DNA from: Cycas panzhihuaensis
Taxonomy: Eukaryota > Plantae > Cycadophyta
DNA: 64,000 nucleotides
Assembly: GCA_023213395.1 (NCBI GenBank)
Contig: CM041465.1
Span: 85,567,741-85,631,740, forward strand
Direction of reading: 5' to 3'
Shown here: positions 1 through 14,497 of the stretch, one piece after another
Layout: every line of letters starts with the position of its first letter
Position numbering within the stretch: position 1 is the first letter of the stretch
The notes under the pieces: model-generated
Seen by the model: only the letters and a program-made list of their open reading frames with translations
Database searches by the model: none
Told to the model about the DNA's origin: nothing
Position numbers and translations under genes: made by a program

Positions 1-878
1 AGGAATATTGGAGATAAGGATATATTGAGTTAGGGTTGTATGTAGGAGAGGAGCACCTACCTTCCCTTCTCTTTATTTTCCCCATTTTGGCTACATCCAT
101 ATTTCTCCCCTTTGATTAGCATAGGGGTTTCTTTTCCCCCTTTTTAGAATAAAGAGAGATAAAGACAAAGAGAGTAAGATTCCCTTGTTTTCTCCTATAC
201 CCTTTCTTTATTCCTTTACATATTTCTTTATTTTTCTAGAAAAGAAGAGGGAAAAGAGTGGTAAAAGGAGAAAGAGTGAAGTTTCCATTCATTTTGCACT
301 CCTCTTTGTTTCTTTCAATTTTTGTTGTTATTATTCTTATACAATATTATAACAAAACCATATCATATCATTGTTTCCCAACTAAGAGGGTTTGGGTTCA
401 TTTACCTATTCTCTCTCTCTCTCTTTCCCACTTTCTTTCGTCCTTCTTTTACTATTTTCCTCGCCACATTGGCCCCTTGTCAAGGGGGATTATCCAACCA
501 TAGTCCCCTCCTCCTTAAAACCTTAAGCAAAGGAGAAGGGAGTATGCCCATGCATTATTGAATCCATACCTCCATGGTATATGAGCATCCCACATGGGCA
601 ACTTAGGGTTCCATCACATCCCTATACTAGGTTTCATACCCTAGACCTAGCTCCTAGTGGTTTTTTTTATTCTAGGTATCCCTGATGAGAGCAATCTCAA
701 CCACTTATATAAATGAGCCAATAAACTATGATTTTGAACCACTTTTACCTTATACATCTGATGTAAAAATACTGATATGATATCAATTTAATAGGGGGAA
801 AGATATGGAATATAAAAATTATATTAGAAAGGTAGATTTTATAAATAATGGGTAGGAATATAAGTGTAGGATTATATA

Positions 879-1196
879 TGTTAGATAATATGATAACAAT
901 GGTTTGGAGGCTAAAATTTTGATAGGTTGGCAGCACGGTTTCCCTCCCAAACCTTCCTCAGGCGGTTCCAAGGGGGGCGAGAGTTCCCCTTGGCCAGGGG
1001 GGTACGAGGGGCGATAGCTTCCAACCGAAAATGCTAACACTAGAAAGTATATTAAATTGTAAAGAAAATCAGGGTCATTCACTCAAAATATCCTAAATTC
1101 TACAATCGAGATTTGTGCCTTATATGACTCTCATATAGCCTGATTTATGGCATTTTTTATTATGTTGATAGTGTTCGATGTATTATATGTACTATG
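879..1196 (+). repeat. Element A 5' LTR, left part
   Basis: Aligns to 13182-13501. Confidence 0.9.
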
Positions 1197-1508
1197 TGAA
1201 GGAAGGATGGATCTGGGAGATAAATCACTCACATATACACAATGGCAATGGAGAATAAAAAAGAAGATGAAACAAGACATGAAAGCAAGCTTGGAGGTGA
1301 GAATGAATAATGACTCCCTCCTTGAGATTTCACCTTTTATTATTGAGGGTGAGCATTAGGGTTAGGATTTTCCCGCCTAATGACATGAACCCAAAATTAT
1401 ATCTAAATGCACATAAAGTGTATTTCATTAAGAGACTAATACTAATAATATATCCTAAGGTCACATAATTAATCTACATAAATGACCTTGATACATTAAC
1501 CTCTTTCA
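1197..1508 (-). repeat. Element B 3' LTR
   Basis: Direct repeat of 8517-8828. Confidence 0.93.
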
Positions 1509-1959
1509 ATCCCCCCCTTAATGGTGGAAGGTCATTTTCAGAAAATCTATTCTATGAGGTCTTCATTTGAGCCTCATTATTACATTGAAATTCTAAAGTG
1601 ACACTGTTGTGGGAAAGCCCTCATGGGGAATAAAAACCCATAAACTTTCTAAGATCTACAGCCCCTTTTATAAATCAAAATGGCTAAGGTGGCTCTTTGA
1701 TGTAGCCTAATAGCCAAGCAACTTAAATGTGCAGCTTAATCTTCTATGTCTCCATATACTGTTTAGTCATCTCCTATGCCCTTTTGGGTTTACACAGGTT
1801 CTGATTTTCCAAAATAAGTACAACCTTTATCCTTTCATACCCACATGGAGTTTTCACAAAGAGGATAGAGTAAAGACTTACTCTTATTCTTCCACACCCA
1901 TAAGGGATTTTCATGAAGAGAATAGAGTATGATGATCATATTTCTATCTTCTTTGATCA

Positions 1960-4900
1960 ATTGAAGATAGAGGCCCTAAGGCTGAGCTGCCTTTGGAGCT
2001 ATTCAAACTTCACCTTTTGCAGTGGTTTGGTGAAGATATCGGCCACTTGATCTACAGTGGGGCAGTAATCCAATTGAATTATGCCATCATGAATAAGTTC
2101 CCTAATCCTGTAGACTTTCATACTTATGTGTTTGGTATGATCGTGAAATACAATATTTTTTGCCATACAGATTGTTGATTGATTATCCACATGAAGACTC
2201 GTAGGACTTGTTGGGTGATATTCAATGTTTCTAATAATTTTCTTAGCCATATCACCTCTTTACTGGTTTCAGAAGCAGCAATGTATTCAACTTTGGTAGT
2301 GGAATCTACAACTATCTTATGTCATCTAGATCTATATGATATTGGTATTATTCCAAGAAATATTACATACCCAGACGTAGATCTTCCTATATCTTTATCT
2401 CCTGCAAAGTTTGACTCTGTGTATGTAGAAAACTTAAAGTCTGAATTAGGTTCATACAACATACCATATTTACTAGTCATCTTAAGGTATCTCAACACTC
2501 GCACTACTGCGTGCCAATGATTCTGCTTAGAATTTATCATGTAACAAGCAAGAATGTGATAAGGTGTATAATATCTGGCCTTGTATTGATAGTGTAGATG
2601 AGACTACCTATAAGTTTCTTGTAGAGTATTACATCTGCCTCCCTAGTATCACTTTAGCTGAGAGTTTGGTGTTAGGGTCCATAGGTAACATCACTGGTCG
2701 AGCATCTTTTAACTGAAACTTGGTTAGAAGATCGTTGATGTATTTTTCTTAGGAGAGGAAAATTTTTTTATTCTTTTGTGTTACTTTAATTCTTAAGTAA
2801 TATTTCATCAAACTGAGGTCAGACAATTCGAACGTTTTGCCAAGGTCCTTTCTCAGCTAGCTTATTGCATGTTCATTATTACACGTTACTAGCATGTCAT
2901 CCACAAAGATTATGAGATAAGTGACTTTATCCTTATGGCACTTAATGAACAATGTTGCATCAATATCTTGATAGTCACAAACCTTATATCCAAGTTGCCT
3001 CATCCTTTCAGACAACTTGGCAAACCAAGTCCGAAGGGCTTGTTTAAGGCCATACAAGGACTTTCTGAGCCTGCAAACCTTATGCTCTTGACCTTTGATC
3101 TTATATCCTTTTGGCTGAGCCATATAAATTTCTTCTTCAAGATCTCCATTGAGAAACGCAGTCTTAATATCGAGTTGGTGGATTTTCCAACCCTGTTAAG
3201 CAGCCAAGACCATAAGAGTTCTAATTGTAGGCCACTTGGTTATAGGTGCAAAGACTTCAGTGTAGTCGATATATTCTCTTTGTGTAAATCCTTTAGCTAC
3301 CAACCTCGCCTTGTATTTTTCAATGGTGTCGTCTGATCTATATTTATTTTTGAACACCCATTTATTTTAAACTACCTTTCTGCTAAGTGGTAGATCCACA
3401 AGCTCCCATGTACTATTCTTGATAAGAGATTGGTACTCTTCGTTCATGGCGTTTCTCCAAGTTGTATGCTTTATAACTTCTTGGTACATTAAGGGCTCTT
3501 CATTAAGAGTAAGGTATAATTATGTTGGTTTAAGATTAGTATATAATGATTCCTGCATCCTTGCTCTATGGGAACTTCGAGTGCCAGTTTTACCCACCTC
3601 ATATAGTCGTATGTCCTTATTGAGCTGGTAGGCTTCTTGAGATCCTCAAGTTGGGAATGATGTCCTCATTTCCCCAACTTCTTGGTTCTCATCATGTTCG
3701 TTAAAATGATTATTTTGTGAGGAGGATGTTGATATGCTTGAGGAAGATGGTCCTTCTATGATTGTTTTGCCTTTATCAACTGAAGGTGGAGAGGATGGTT
3801 CTTCTATAATGGCTTTACCTTTGTCAACTCTGCTATCTTCAAAAGATGGTGTTGGATGTGCACTCATCGGTTCAAAGTCACAACTTGTATCTTCCAAGGC
3901 TCTATTGTTAGTTTCTAATATTTGGAGTAATTTATGTCTATCCCCCCCCCCCCCCAAATTTTAGAATCTGAACATCATACTTGATAACATTATTATAGTG
4001 GCATAAGGGTACTATGGAGTCTAATTTAAGTAACTAATCCTTTGTCTCCACAAAAACGACATCTCTGGTAACAATGATTTTTCATTGTGAAGGTATAAAG
4101 ACCTTATACCCTTTCTTATCCATAGGGTATCCAACAAAGATGCCTTTAAGTGCCCTTGGCTAGAGTTTATTTCGATTTGCATCCAGAATGTGGGCATAGC
4201 ATGTAGAGCTAAAAATTTAAAGTAGTGAATAATGGGGGCTTATCCTGACCACTTTTCATTAGGTGATTGTACTTCCTTTGATGGGCTAACAGCATTGATA
4301 TAATAAACAGTTATCCAGATTGCTTCAGCCCATAGATAGGCAGGTATATTTTTATATATTAACATAGCATGAGCCATGTTCATGATTATCCTGTTCATAC
4401 ACTCAGTAACTCTATTTTGTTGTGGGGTACCTACTACTATTATTTGATGCTTGATGCCATTATCTCGAAGGTAGCTTTCAAACTCATGTGAGGTATATTC
4501 GCTACCAGTATCAGTTTGAAGACATTTGAGTTGATAACCTGACTCTTTTTTAGTAAGGGCTTTGAATTCCTTCAATATACGAAATGCTTTATCTTTCTTG
4601 TGTAGAAAAGCTACGCATACTTTTCTAGTGAAATCATCAATGAAAGAGATGTAATATAGCTTGCCCTTTAGTGAAGGAATAAGCATTGGCCCGCACAAAT
4701 CAGAATGTACTAATTGTAATGGATGGCTTGATTTCCACTAACTTTTGGGAAAGGGTTATCGATGAGATTTGGTAATGATACAAGCTTCACATTTAAAGGG
4801 CTTAGAGGAAAATTTTAGAAGGTTTGGAAGAGTGTTAGAAAGATCTCTAAGTCTATCAATGTGAACATGGCCCATACGAGCATGCCAAAGAGCTTCTGGT

Positions 4901-6505
4901 GACACTGTTAGATGGGTCAAGATGGAATTAAATGCAAATTGTTTATTGGAACAAGGGCTTTGGGCACAATGGGCTTTAGAAGATGGAGAGCCATTCAGTC
5001 GAAAGAGTTTGCCAGAGAGATGTCTAATCAAAACCACTTGATTAGTTGGAGGGTCTCAGATCAAATCCACAATAAACAAGTGTGGATAAAGAGAGTAGGT
5101 TTTGTTTGAGATTGGGTATGTATAAGACATCAAGCAATATAAAATCTTCTAAGCCTGGGAGTTTCAGGCAAATATTGCCAATTCCTTCAACTGGTCGTTG
5201 TGATTTATCAGCCATGTGAACAACTCCATGAATATTTGAGTCAAATGTTTGATATAAACTACGATTGCATGTCATATGTTGAGTTGCTCGTGTGTCCATG
5301 ATCCACTGTCTATCGATTAGAGCCACACTATTGACAATTCCAATAGAGCTTAGCATTGGTAAAGGGAATTCATAAGTGATATATCCACACCAAGCTTTAA
5401 AGTATCTCTTTGGTTGGTCAATGGCATTTGATGTTGAAGATCCCTCAATTCTTTGAATGTGTACTTGTACAAAACCTGCACCACTAAAGGATTCTTCACA
5501 AGTTTCTTCAACATTGTGAGCTCCATGTTTTGGTTGGAGCTTGGCCAACTTATAAGTGGTAATTCTGCAATCTTTTACTAAGTGTCCTTTATGGTTATAC
5601 TGATCACACATAATAGTTTGGTTACTAGTCCCTGAAGTAGTACTGGTTTGGCCTGATTATCTTACTCTTTGTTGAGGTAGCCCTTGGCCTTGAAACTATC
5701 GAGGTTGTGATTGAGGGTTTGATTGACCTTGTAGACGATTTCCCATATTTCTTCCTCTTCCTCTTACTCAGTTATTTCCTCTACGACGAGAGGGACCTTG
5801 ATTTTTTGTATAGCAAACGTCTTCTTCTACCTCAAAGGCTACATCTAGAAGAGAGTCAGAGGCTATAAAGTTTGTATCAAAGGTCTTGTCAAATTCTATG
5901 AACTTCTTGGCAAGTACTTCAAAGTTGAGTGTCTTCAATGTTCCACTAAATTGAAGACTTCCAAGCAAGTTTTTATAATCAAGGACATGTAAACATGACT
6001 GGATCAAAAATGCCCAAGTAATGCATTGGGTCTTAAAGTCTTTGTCAATTACCTATTTGATTGGTCAAAGGAGATTTATTATCTCATGAGCTCATCCCTT
6101 CTATATTTTTCATTTATTCATTTTCAAAATAAGATGAATAAATTCTAAATCTGACTTTGTATCAAAGTTCTTTCTAAGAACTTCTAGGACCTTCCTGATT
6201 GTATCATGTTCCTCTTCATTTATCAAGTTGTACAAGGAGTAATCAATGACCAACAAAATTCCTACAAGAATCTTTTCATCATTTATCTCCCATTATAGTT
6301 TAGTTGCAGCATCTATAGGAGCTGTCGGGGTAAATCCACTGGAAGTAGCTATTGTAGCCATTGCTGGTATGTTGGGTGTAGGCTACAAGTGGGCTCTCCA
6401 AAGGCCTTTATACTTTGCAGCATTTTTAATTCTAGTGTACTATATATCCCAATTTTCTTTGCCTTTCAATATGCAGTTAGCATTTTCCTTAAATTAAGAT
6501 GACAT
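1960..6505 (-). pseudogene. Element B gag-pol pseudogene (copia)
   Basis: Fragments: zinc knuckle CDQYNHKGHLVKDC, protease WIMDTRATQHMT, GAG-pre-integrase LWHARMGH, integrase FIDDFTRK/TDTGSEY, RT LRKSLYGLKQA/FVDDML, RNase H QVADIFTKPL; many stops and frameshifts. Confidence 0.92.
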
Positions 6506-7289
6506 GGTGATGATGAAGAAGTGGAAGAGATGATAAAAGTATGTATCACTAACATGTGTGGCTAGTACACCTAGCACAATAGGGATGTAGAAATGATTGT
6601 TATGATGAGAAGCAAGTAATGATTAAGTATTTTTTAACAATTATATATTTAAAAAATGAATATAAGTAATGATGTAAGAATGAGGCCTAATGTAGAGCTG
6701 ACAAAGAGTGGTGATATATCATGCCACTAACCTCTCACTTATGTCCAAATGTAGGTGAGGTTTCGATGCTTAAGGCTTCTAGTATACGATTAGGGCCTCC
6801 ATTCACGATACCCGCACATGCACTTAGTGATGAAATCCAAGTCACATTAGAGCCCAGGGACTCCTAGTCCTCACCTAGTTCACCAATGAGCAACTATATA
6901 CCTCCTCCAAAAAGTCAAACAGTACTGCGTATCCTACGGCTGTGACGGATATTAGACCGGGTTAATTTTAATCTTGCATTAAGGTTTTCAGTTTTCTTGG
7001 GTGGTTATTAGGATTATCCTTAATTGGAGGCTGTAAGTATGGCTAACATGTCCCTCCACCACTATTCTAGTTAGGACTAGACCTAGTATGAAACTCACAC
7101 CTCCCTTAGGGTCTGGACTTCGGCCAACCTTGGTCTATTTCAACCAAGGCAAGTGTGCGCACAAGTTAAGAACTAGCGGTATAGATCGTACAAATGTGAT
7201 TCCATTTAGGAATAGTATAAGATGTTTCTATATAATTGAAAACTGAAATAGAAACTTACCAAACGTGCTTACTTGTTTTCCGTGCTTAC

Positions 7290-7375
7290 TTTGTTGTTAC
7301 TACTGCCTTTGTGATGCTTTGTTGTTATTATTACTTTTATAATGCTTTATTGTTGTTACTACTTTTGTGATGCTT
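7290..7375. repeat. Three degenerate ~28-bp tandem units in the element B 5' leader
   Basis: TTTGTTGTTACTACTGCCTTTGTGATGC-like unit three times. Confidence 0.7.
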
Positions 7376-8516
7376 TATGCTATGTATGCAAATAGAAAAA
7401 GCATGCTAGATTTAGCAGGGGAACCAGATGTTGCTTCCAGTCCAAGGTTTTCCTTGCTTTAGTATAATGTTTCCAAATATGATTTTAGAAGTTTTGATAC
7501 AAAATCTACAATGTGCTAAAAAGTGGATCAACTTTCCACTAAAATAATGATTTTTCTAAATCTATATGCATGCTATTTTGCCATATTTTGTTATTTTTTC
7601 ACAAAATTTATAAATAATGATAAATGGGTAAATTTTTAAAAATTATAAATATGAAGGCCTAAATGATGAAATCTGAATTTATGACAGAAGGAAAAAGTGT
7701 TGAGAATATTATTTCTAATAGATTTGTGAGGTCATATTTTAGAAAAGGCACAAAAAAATTTTTGCCCGAAAAAGCACCAAAGTAAAATCCTTTCTGATCA
7801 ACTATCTCAAAATCTGAACTTCAATATATCACAAGTTACATTTTGACACATACATTAACTTTTCCTTTTGTACCATCTATAAAATCTACCAAAACTTTAC
7901 CCGAAATGCCCTTGTAAGGTCCTTTGTGGGGTTGAGTAGGCAAAATCAACAACCGTGAGAAAACTGTATAGATCTCACTAACCAGTGGATAAAATTTGAT
8001 GATATTTATCTTAAATTGATCTTAAGACATAAATATACTAGATCCCTTAATAAAATTTTTAGATCTTCAGCTTATAATTAAAGGATTTTATTATAAAAAG
8101 TGCTTTAAATCACTTATCCACAAAATTTAACCTTTTGTCACAGATAAAACTCATTGTTTTAGGCTAAATCTAAAGTTTCTCTAGAAGACAAAAATGATCA
8201 TCTAGGCAAGGTAACCTTGCATGCCAAATTTCATCAAATTCTGATATTATCAAAGTTTTATGAAATTTTAAGCCTTTAATGCTTTTGGCATTGTTCTGGC
8301 AACTGAACAGATTCAAAAACCTGTATTCTTCACCTCTGAATTTTTACACACATGGAAAAAGTAGCAACATGTAAAATACTATAGTTTTAAGCTCTCAAAA
8401 TGTTAAAAAATAATGAATGCACTCTCAATACTTCACATTGAAGGTGAAGGAGAGGCAAAATAACTCCATGCAAGTGGAATGGAATGAATAGATCTTCTTC
8501 TAGCTCTGATACCACA

Positions 8517-8828
8517 TGAAGGAATGATGGATCTAGGAGATAAATCACTCACATGCACACAATGGCAATGGATAATGAAAATGAAGATAAAACAAGATAA
8601 GAGAGCAAGCTTGGAGGTGAGAATGAATAATGACTCCCTCTTTGAGATTTCACCTTTTATTATTGAGGGTGAGCATTAGGGTTAGGATTTTTTCGCCTAA
8701 TGACATGAACCCAAAATTACATCTAAATGCACATAAAGTGCATTTCATTAAGAGACTAATGCTAATAATATATCCTAAGGTCACATAATTAATCTACACA
8801 AATGACCTTGATACATTAACCTCTTTCA
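8517..8828 (-). repeat. Element B 5' LTR
   Basis: Adjacent to iMet PBS 8503-8514; direct repeat of 1197-1508. Confidence 0.93.
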
Positions 8829-9136
8829 CTGTGAGGAGTTGGGCAGCTGGTTGTTATTGATGTGAGCACTCTACTATAGATTGTATACATTTCTCCATTC
8901 TTGATAATAAAGATAAATACCTTTCCTGTGTGGATGTTTCCCTAGCACACTACTAGGGTTTTATGACATTATATTAGGTGTATATATAATGTTTGACTTT
9001 CTTATTTATTTTATTGTATTATCTCTGGTTTAAGAACTTGCATATTAAATTTTAGTTTCGATTCTTGTAACTAGTTACAAAAATAGTTTAGATCTTAGTG
9101 GCAGTTTCAGGTAATTGGGACCTTGTCTTCTCAACA
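8829..9136 (+). repeat. Element A 5' LTR, right part
   Basis: Aligns to 13497-13806; followed by PBS. Confidence 0.9.
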
Positions 9137-9219
9137 AGTGGTATTAGAGCCACTTTTATTTTTGTAGCAAGTTTGTAAAGGTTTTGGTGTCAGCTTTTTC
9201 TACACCAAATAGTGAAATT

Positions 9220-12200
9220 AGCAAGTATAAAGTTTGAGGTGAAGAAATTTAATGGCAAGAACAACTTCAAGTTGTGAAAGTTGAAAGCATATGATGTTCT
9301 TGTACAACAAGATTTGTACAGAGCTCTTACAGGTAAATTAAAGAAACCCATAGGGATGGACGATCATGAATGGGATGATCTAGATAAAAATACTCTTAGC
9401 ACAATATAATTATGCTTGGTAGATGAAGTTCTATTTAACATCACAGGGGAGCAGACAACAGCAAGATTATGGACCCAGTTGGAAGGCTTGTATATGACCA
9501 AATCAGTGACGAATCGAATGTACTTGAAGAGGCAACTGTACTCATTATGAATGAAGGAAGGTACAAAAATAGTTGACCATTTAAATATTTTTAATACTCT
9601 TATTTGTCAGTTGGCTAGTATCGATGTCAAAATTGAGAATGAGGACAAGGTTGTTACCTTGTTATGCTCATTACCAGAATCTTGGGATAATATTGTCACC
9701 TCAATTAGTTTTAACACTACAGATGAATTAGAATATGATTCTATTGTGAGTGCTTTATTGATAGAAGAAATGCTGAGGAAGTCTAATCTTAAAACCTCCA
9801 TACTATAAGCTATGACAACAAGGGGTAGAACAATTGAGAGAGGACAAAGCTCTAGGGATACAGCGAGGTCAAAGTCAAAAGGCAAGAAGAGTAAGCTCAG
9901 ATGTTAGCACTATAATAAGACATGTCACCTCAAGAAGGATTGCTACAAAAAGAATGAGTTCCAGAAAAGGGAAGATTCTGCCAAGAAGACTAATCAGATG
10001 GAGGCAAATCAAGGTACGGATGATGATGTCTTAGTTGCTTATAATATTTCCTATTATCACCATAATTGGTTATTAGATCCAGGTGCTTCACACCACATAT
10101 GTCTACACAAGAGTTAGTTCTCATTATACCAACCTCTTGATGGTGGTGATATGTTTATAGGAAATGAAGTTTCTTGTAAGACAGTGGGCATTGGTAGCAT
10201 CAGAATTAAGATGTTTGATTGTGTAGTGAGAACATTAACTGAGGTTAGACATGTACCTGATCTGAAAAGGAATCAGATTTCCTTGGGTGAACTAAATTCA
10301 GGTGGTTATAAGCATACAGGTCATGAAGGAGTCTTAAAGGTATCAAAGGGCACCTTGGTTGTTATGAAAGCCTTAAAGAAAGGAAACCTTCACATTTTAT
10401 TGGGAAGTACAGATGTCAGCCATGCAGCTACATCATCAAAAACTACAAAAGATCTAGCTCAATTATGGCATTAGAGACTTGGGCACATGAGTGAGAGATG
10501 ACTTAAGGTGCTGATAAACAGTAAGTTACTTCCTAATTTATAACTTTTAGATTTGGCTTTTTGCAAACATTGTATTTTTAGAAAGTAATGTAGACTCAAG
10601 TTTAAAATAGGAAGTCACATTAGTAAAGGTGTTCTGGATTACATACATTCAGATGTGTGGGGCCAGCCCCTACAATATCTTATGGAGGATCATTATACTT
10701 TGTCATATTTATAGATGATTAGTCTAGAAATGTATGTATTTATTTTTTGAAAAGGAAATCTGAAGTTTTCAGCGTGTTTAAGCAATTCAAGGCTCTAGTT
10801 GAGAAGAGCACTAGCAAGTCAATCAAATGTTTAAGAACTGACAATGGAGGTAAGTTCAACTCCTTGGAGTTTGAGAACTATTGCAGAGAAGCTAGGATTG
10901 AAAGGCACAAGACCACTAGCTATACTCTGCAATAAAATGGTATAGTTAAGCGCATGAATATGACACTCTTGGAAAGAGCAAGAAGTATGCTAAGTAATGC
11001 AGGAGTGGAGCAGGGGTTATGGGTAGAAGCTATTCAAACAACTTGTTATATGGTAAATAGGTCACCATCACTTGCAATAGATTGCAAGATTCCTGAAGAG
11101 GTATGGACTGGACATCCATATGATTATTCAAATTTGAAAGTTTTTAGTTATGATGCTTATGCCTTGACTGATAAAAGTAAATGTTTAAGGTTAGACCTAA
11201 AATCTAAGAGATATATCTTTATTGGTTATGGTGATAAAGATGGTTTGAAGGGATATAGGTTGTGGGATCCAATAGCCCACAAAATCACCATTAACAGAGA
11301 TGTTGTATTTGATGAATTTCCCATTCTAAAATCAGATAGTGTAAAAGTTGAAGTGAAACAAGAGCAAAAAGTTGAACATCAACAGGTCAAGTTTGAAACC
11401 TAGCCATCTTTGGAATCAAAAGAGCAGGAAGATCTTTCTAAAGATGAATCTACAACAGATTTACAAGAGTATGTGGACACTCCTCTACCAACAATTAGAA
11501 GATCTATACGAGTTAGTCATCCACCTAACAGGTACAACCCTTCTATTTCTATTACTTTGGCTTCTAATGATGGTGAGCCTACATATTATCAGGAAGCAGT
11601 AGATGATATCTATAGTGAGAAGTAGAAGAGGGCTATGTAGGAAGAGATAGATGCTTTGAAGAAAAATAATTCATAGGACTTGGTAGAACTTCCACATGGT
11701 AAGAAGATTGTTGGTTGTAGGTGGGTTTTCAAAAAGAAAATAGATGTTGCTAGAAAGGTTGATAAATACTGGGCAAGATTGGTGGCTAAAGGCTTTACAC
11801 AGAAAGCAGGTATTAACTTTTATAAGATCTTTTCACCAGTTGTCAAACTTGTTTCAATTTGAGTGTTGTTAGCATTGGTAGCTTCTCTTGATTGGGAGTT
11901 GGAGCAATTAAATGTAAAAATAGTTTTTCTACATGGAGATTTAGATGAGGAGATCTATATAGATCAACGAGAAGGGTTTATACAAGATAGTAGGAAAAGA
12001 CTTATTTGCAGGCTCAAGAAATCATTGTATGGCTTGAAGCAATCACCCAGGCAATGGTACAAGAAGTTTAATACCTTCATGGAGAGCCAAAATTTTAAAA
12101 GAAGTGAGTATAATCATTATGTTTACTTTAAATTTATGGACAATGGCTTATTCATTATCTTGGTATTGTATGTTGATGACATGTTAGTTGCAAGCAAGAG

Positions 12201-13134
12201 CATGGAAGAAATCAATAAGTTAAAGGCTCAATTGGCTAGGATTTTGATATGAAGGATCTAGGAGCTACAAAATAAATCTTAGGTATGGAGATACATAAAG
12301 ATAGGAAAAATGGTAAGTTATGGTTATCACAGTAGAAATATGTGGAGAAGGTGCTAACCAGGTTTGGTATGGTAAACGTGAAACTGGTGAGTATCTCATT
12401 GGTTTCTCATTTCAAGCTTTCTTTGAGTATGAGTCCTAGTAATGAAGAAGAAAAGGATTATATGTCTCGTATACCTTATGCCAGTGCAGTAGGAAGTTTG
12501 ATATATGCCATGGTATATACAAGACCTGATATTTCACATGTAGTTGGTGTAGTTAGCAGGTTTATAGCAAATCCAAAAAAGGAACATTAGGCAACAGTGA
12601 AATGAGTGCTTCGATACTTGAAAGGCACAAGTGACTACTGCATCACCTTTAGAGGTACAGGTAATCAGGTTTCTGAATATGTTGATTCGAACTTTGTAGG
12701 AGATTTTGATAAGAGAAGGTCTACTTCAGGTTATGTATTCACTCTTGTAAATGGTCCAGTTAGTTGGATGTTAAAATTACAAAACACAATTACATTATCG
12801 ACTACAGAAGTTGAATATTTTGTTGTAGCACATGCTTATAAAGAAGCAATCTGGTTACAGGGTCTATTGGTTGAGCTTATAAGGAAACAGAAAAAGGTAA
12901 AGGTATTTTGTGATAGTCAAAGTGCCATTTACCTAACCAAGAATTTAGCTGATCATAGTAGGACAAAGCATATTGCTCTTAAGTACCATTTTGTTAGATA
13001 GGTTATGGAAGCAGGTAGAGTGGCACTTGAGAAGGTTAACACAAAATAGAATTATGCTGATATGTTCATAAAACCAATACTATTATAGAAGTTCAAATGG
13101 TGTTTGACTTCTCTTGGCTTGCAGAAAAGGTGAT
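9220..13134 (+). pseudogene. Element A gag-pol pseudogene (Tnt1-like copia)
   Basis: KFNGKNNF gag start, LLCSLPESW, LRTDNGGKF integrase, LKKSLYGLKQSPRQWY and LYVDDML RT, CDSQSAI/RTKHI RNase H; numerous premature stops. Confidence 0.93.
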
Positions 13135-13181
13135 GAATAGCCCAGACAAGGTACCAGGTAAATTGCTGTCAAGGTGGAGAT

Positions 13182-13806
13182 TGTTAGATAATGTGATAAC
13201 AATGGTTTAGAGGCTAAAATTTTGACAGGTTGGTAGTGCAATTTCCCCTCCTAACCTTCTTGGGGGGGTTCCAAGGGGGCCGGGAGCACCCCTTGGCCAG
13301 GGGGGTGCAGGGGGCGATAGCCCCCAACCCAAAAAATTAGCACTAGAAAGTATATTAAATTGTAAAGAGAATTAGGGTCGTTCACTCAAAATATCCTAGA
13401 TTCTACAGTCGAGATCGGTGCCTTATATGACTCTCTCATATAGCCCGATTTAGGGCATTTTTCATAATGTTGATAGTATTCGATGTATTGTATATACTGT
13501 GAGGATTTAGACGACTAGTTGTTGTTGCTGCGAGCACTCTACTACAAATTGTGTACATTTCTCCATTTTTTATAATAAAAATCGATTCCTTTCCTATGTG
13601 GATGTTTCCCTAGCACACACTTCTAGGGTTTTACCACGTTATATCGAGTGTATATGTGATGCTTGGATTTCTTATTTATTTTATTATATTATCTCTAGTT
13701 TAAGAACTTTCATGTTAAATTTTAGTTTCGATTCATGTAACTAGTTGCAAAAATAGTTTAGATCTTGGTGGCAGTTTCAGGTTATTTAGACCTTGTCTTC
13801 TCAACA
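13182..13806 (+). repeat. Element A 3' LTR
   Basis: TG...CA, preceded by PPT, followed by TSD ATATA. Confidence 0.93.
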
Positions 13807-14497
13807 ATATATAGGAAACATAAAATATAGGGTGTAGATTTCATGAGGAGAGATATATATTAAGGATAAGAAGAGAACTAGGGGGAAACATATATAGGGA
13901 TTTGAATGAAGAATGGGATATATAATGGTTGGATTAGGTAAGAGGCAAAAACAAATTTATCAATAATGAAGGTGATGTTATATAAAATATAAGGTAAATA
14001 AATCTAGGCCTATGAGTGAATTTAGGATTTGATGGAGATAAAGGGAATAAGAACTTAGCATTCCTTATGTGAAAAGAGTTTTGGTAATGGTATGTGAAGA
14101 TGATTTATACAGTAATGCAAAGGGTTAATGGGAAAATATATAAGGTAGTGAGAAGGTTAATGGTAGGAGGAGTGATGATGAAATTAAAAAAAATATTGAT
14201 GCTTTGTAGAAGGGATGTATAATAATAGTATTAAGGGTTGAATCTTACTAAAAAGGGGTCCAAAGATGAGGGATATGAGAGTGGTCATAAATAGGCTTCT
14301 TAAGGAATGGGATATGAAAATACACCTAAAGTAGAATAGGAATTTCACCTACTAAGAGTAAAGGACCTAAGACTTTAAGTTTTAGTTTGTTTATAAGATT
14401 TTGTGGTATAAGAGTAGTGGGAATTTTTAGGATACTGAAACATAGATCCTATATTAGCATATATTTTTAGGTAGACAAGACATATATTTTAGATATT

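Larger units (their letters stand above)
1197..8828 (-). mobile_element. Full-length decayed Ty1/copia LTR retrotransposon (element B) nested in the 5' LTR of element A
   Basis: 312-bp LTRs 1197-1508 and 8517-8828 (TGAAGG...TTTCA, about 18 mismatches by eye); TSD CTATG/CTGTG; tRNA-iMet PBS (GCTCTGATACCA, 8503-8514, minus); PPT at 1509-1520; copia INT/RT/RH fragments on minus strand. Confidence 0.95.
879..13806 (+). mobile_element. Full-length decayed Ty1/copia LTR retrotransposon (element A); its 5' LTR is interrupted by element B
   Basis: 5' LTR in two parts (879-1196 and 8829-9136) aligns to 3' LTR 13182-13806; termini TGTTAG...CAACA; TSD ATATA at 874-878 and 13807-13811; PBS TGGTATTAGAGC 9139-9150; PPT AAGGTGGAGAT before 13182; gag-PR-INT-RT-RH order. 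Confidence 0.95.
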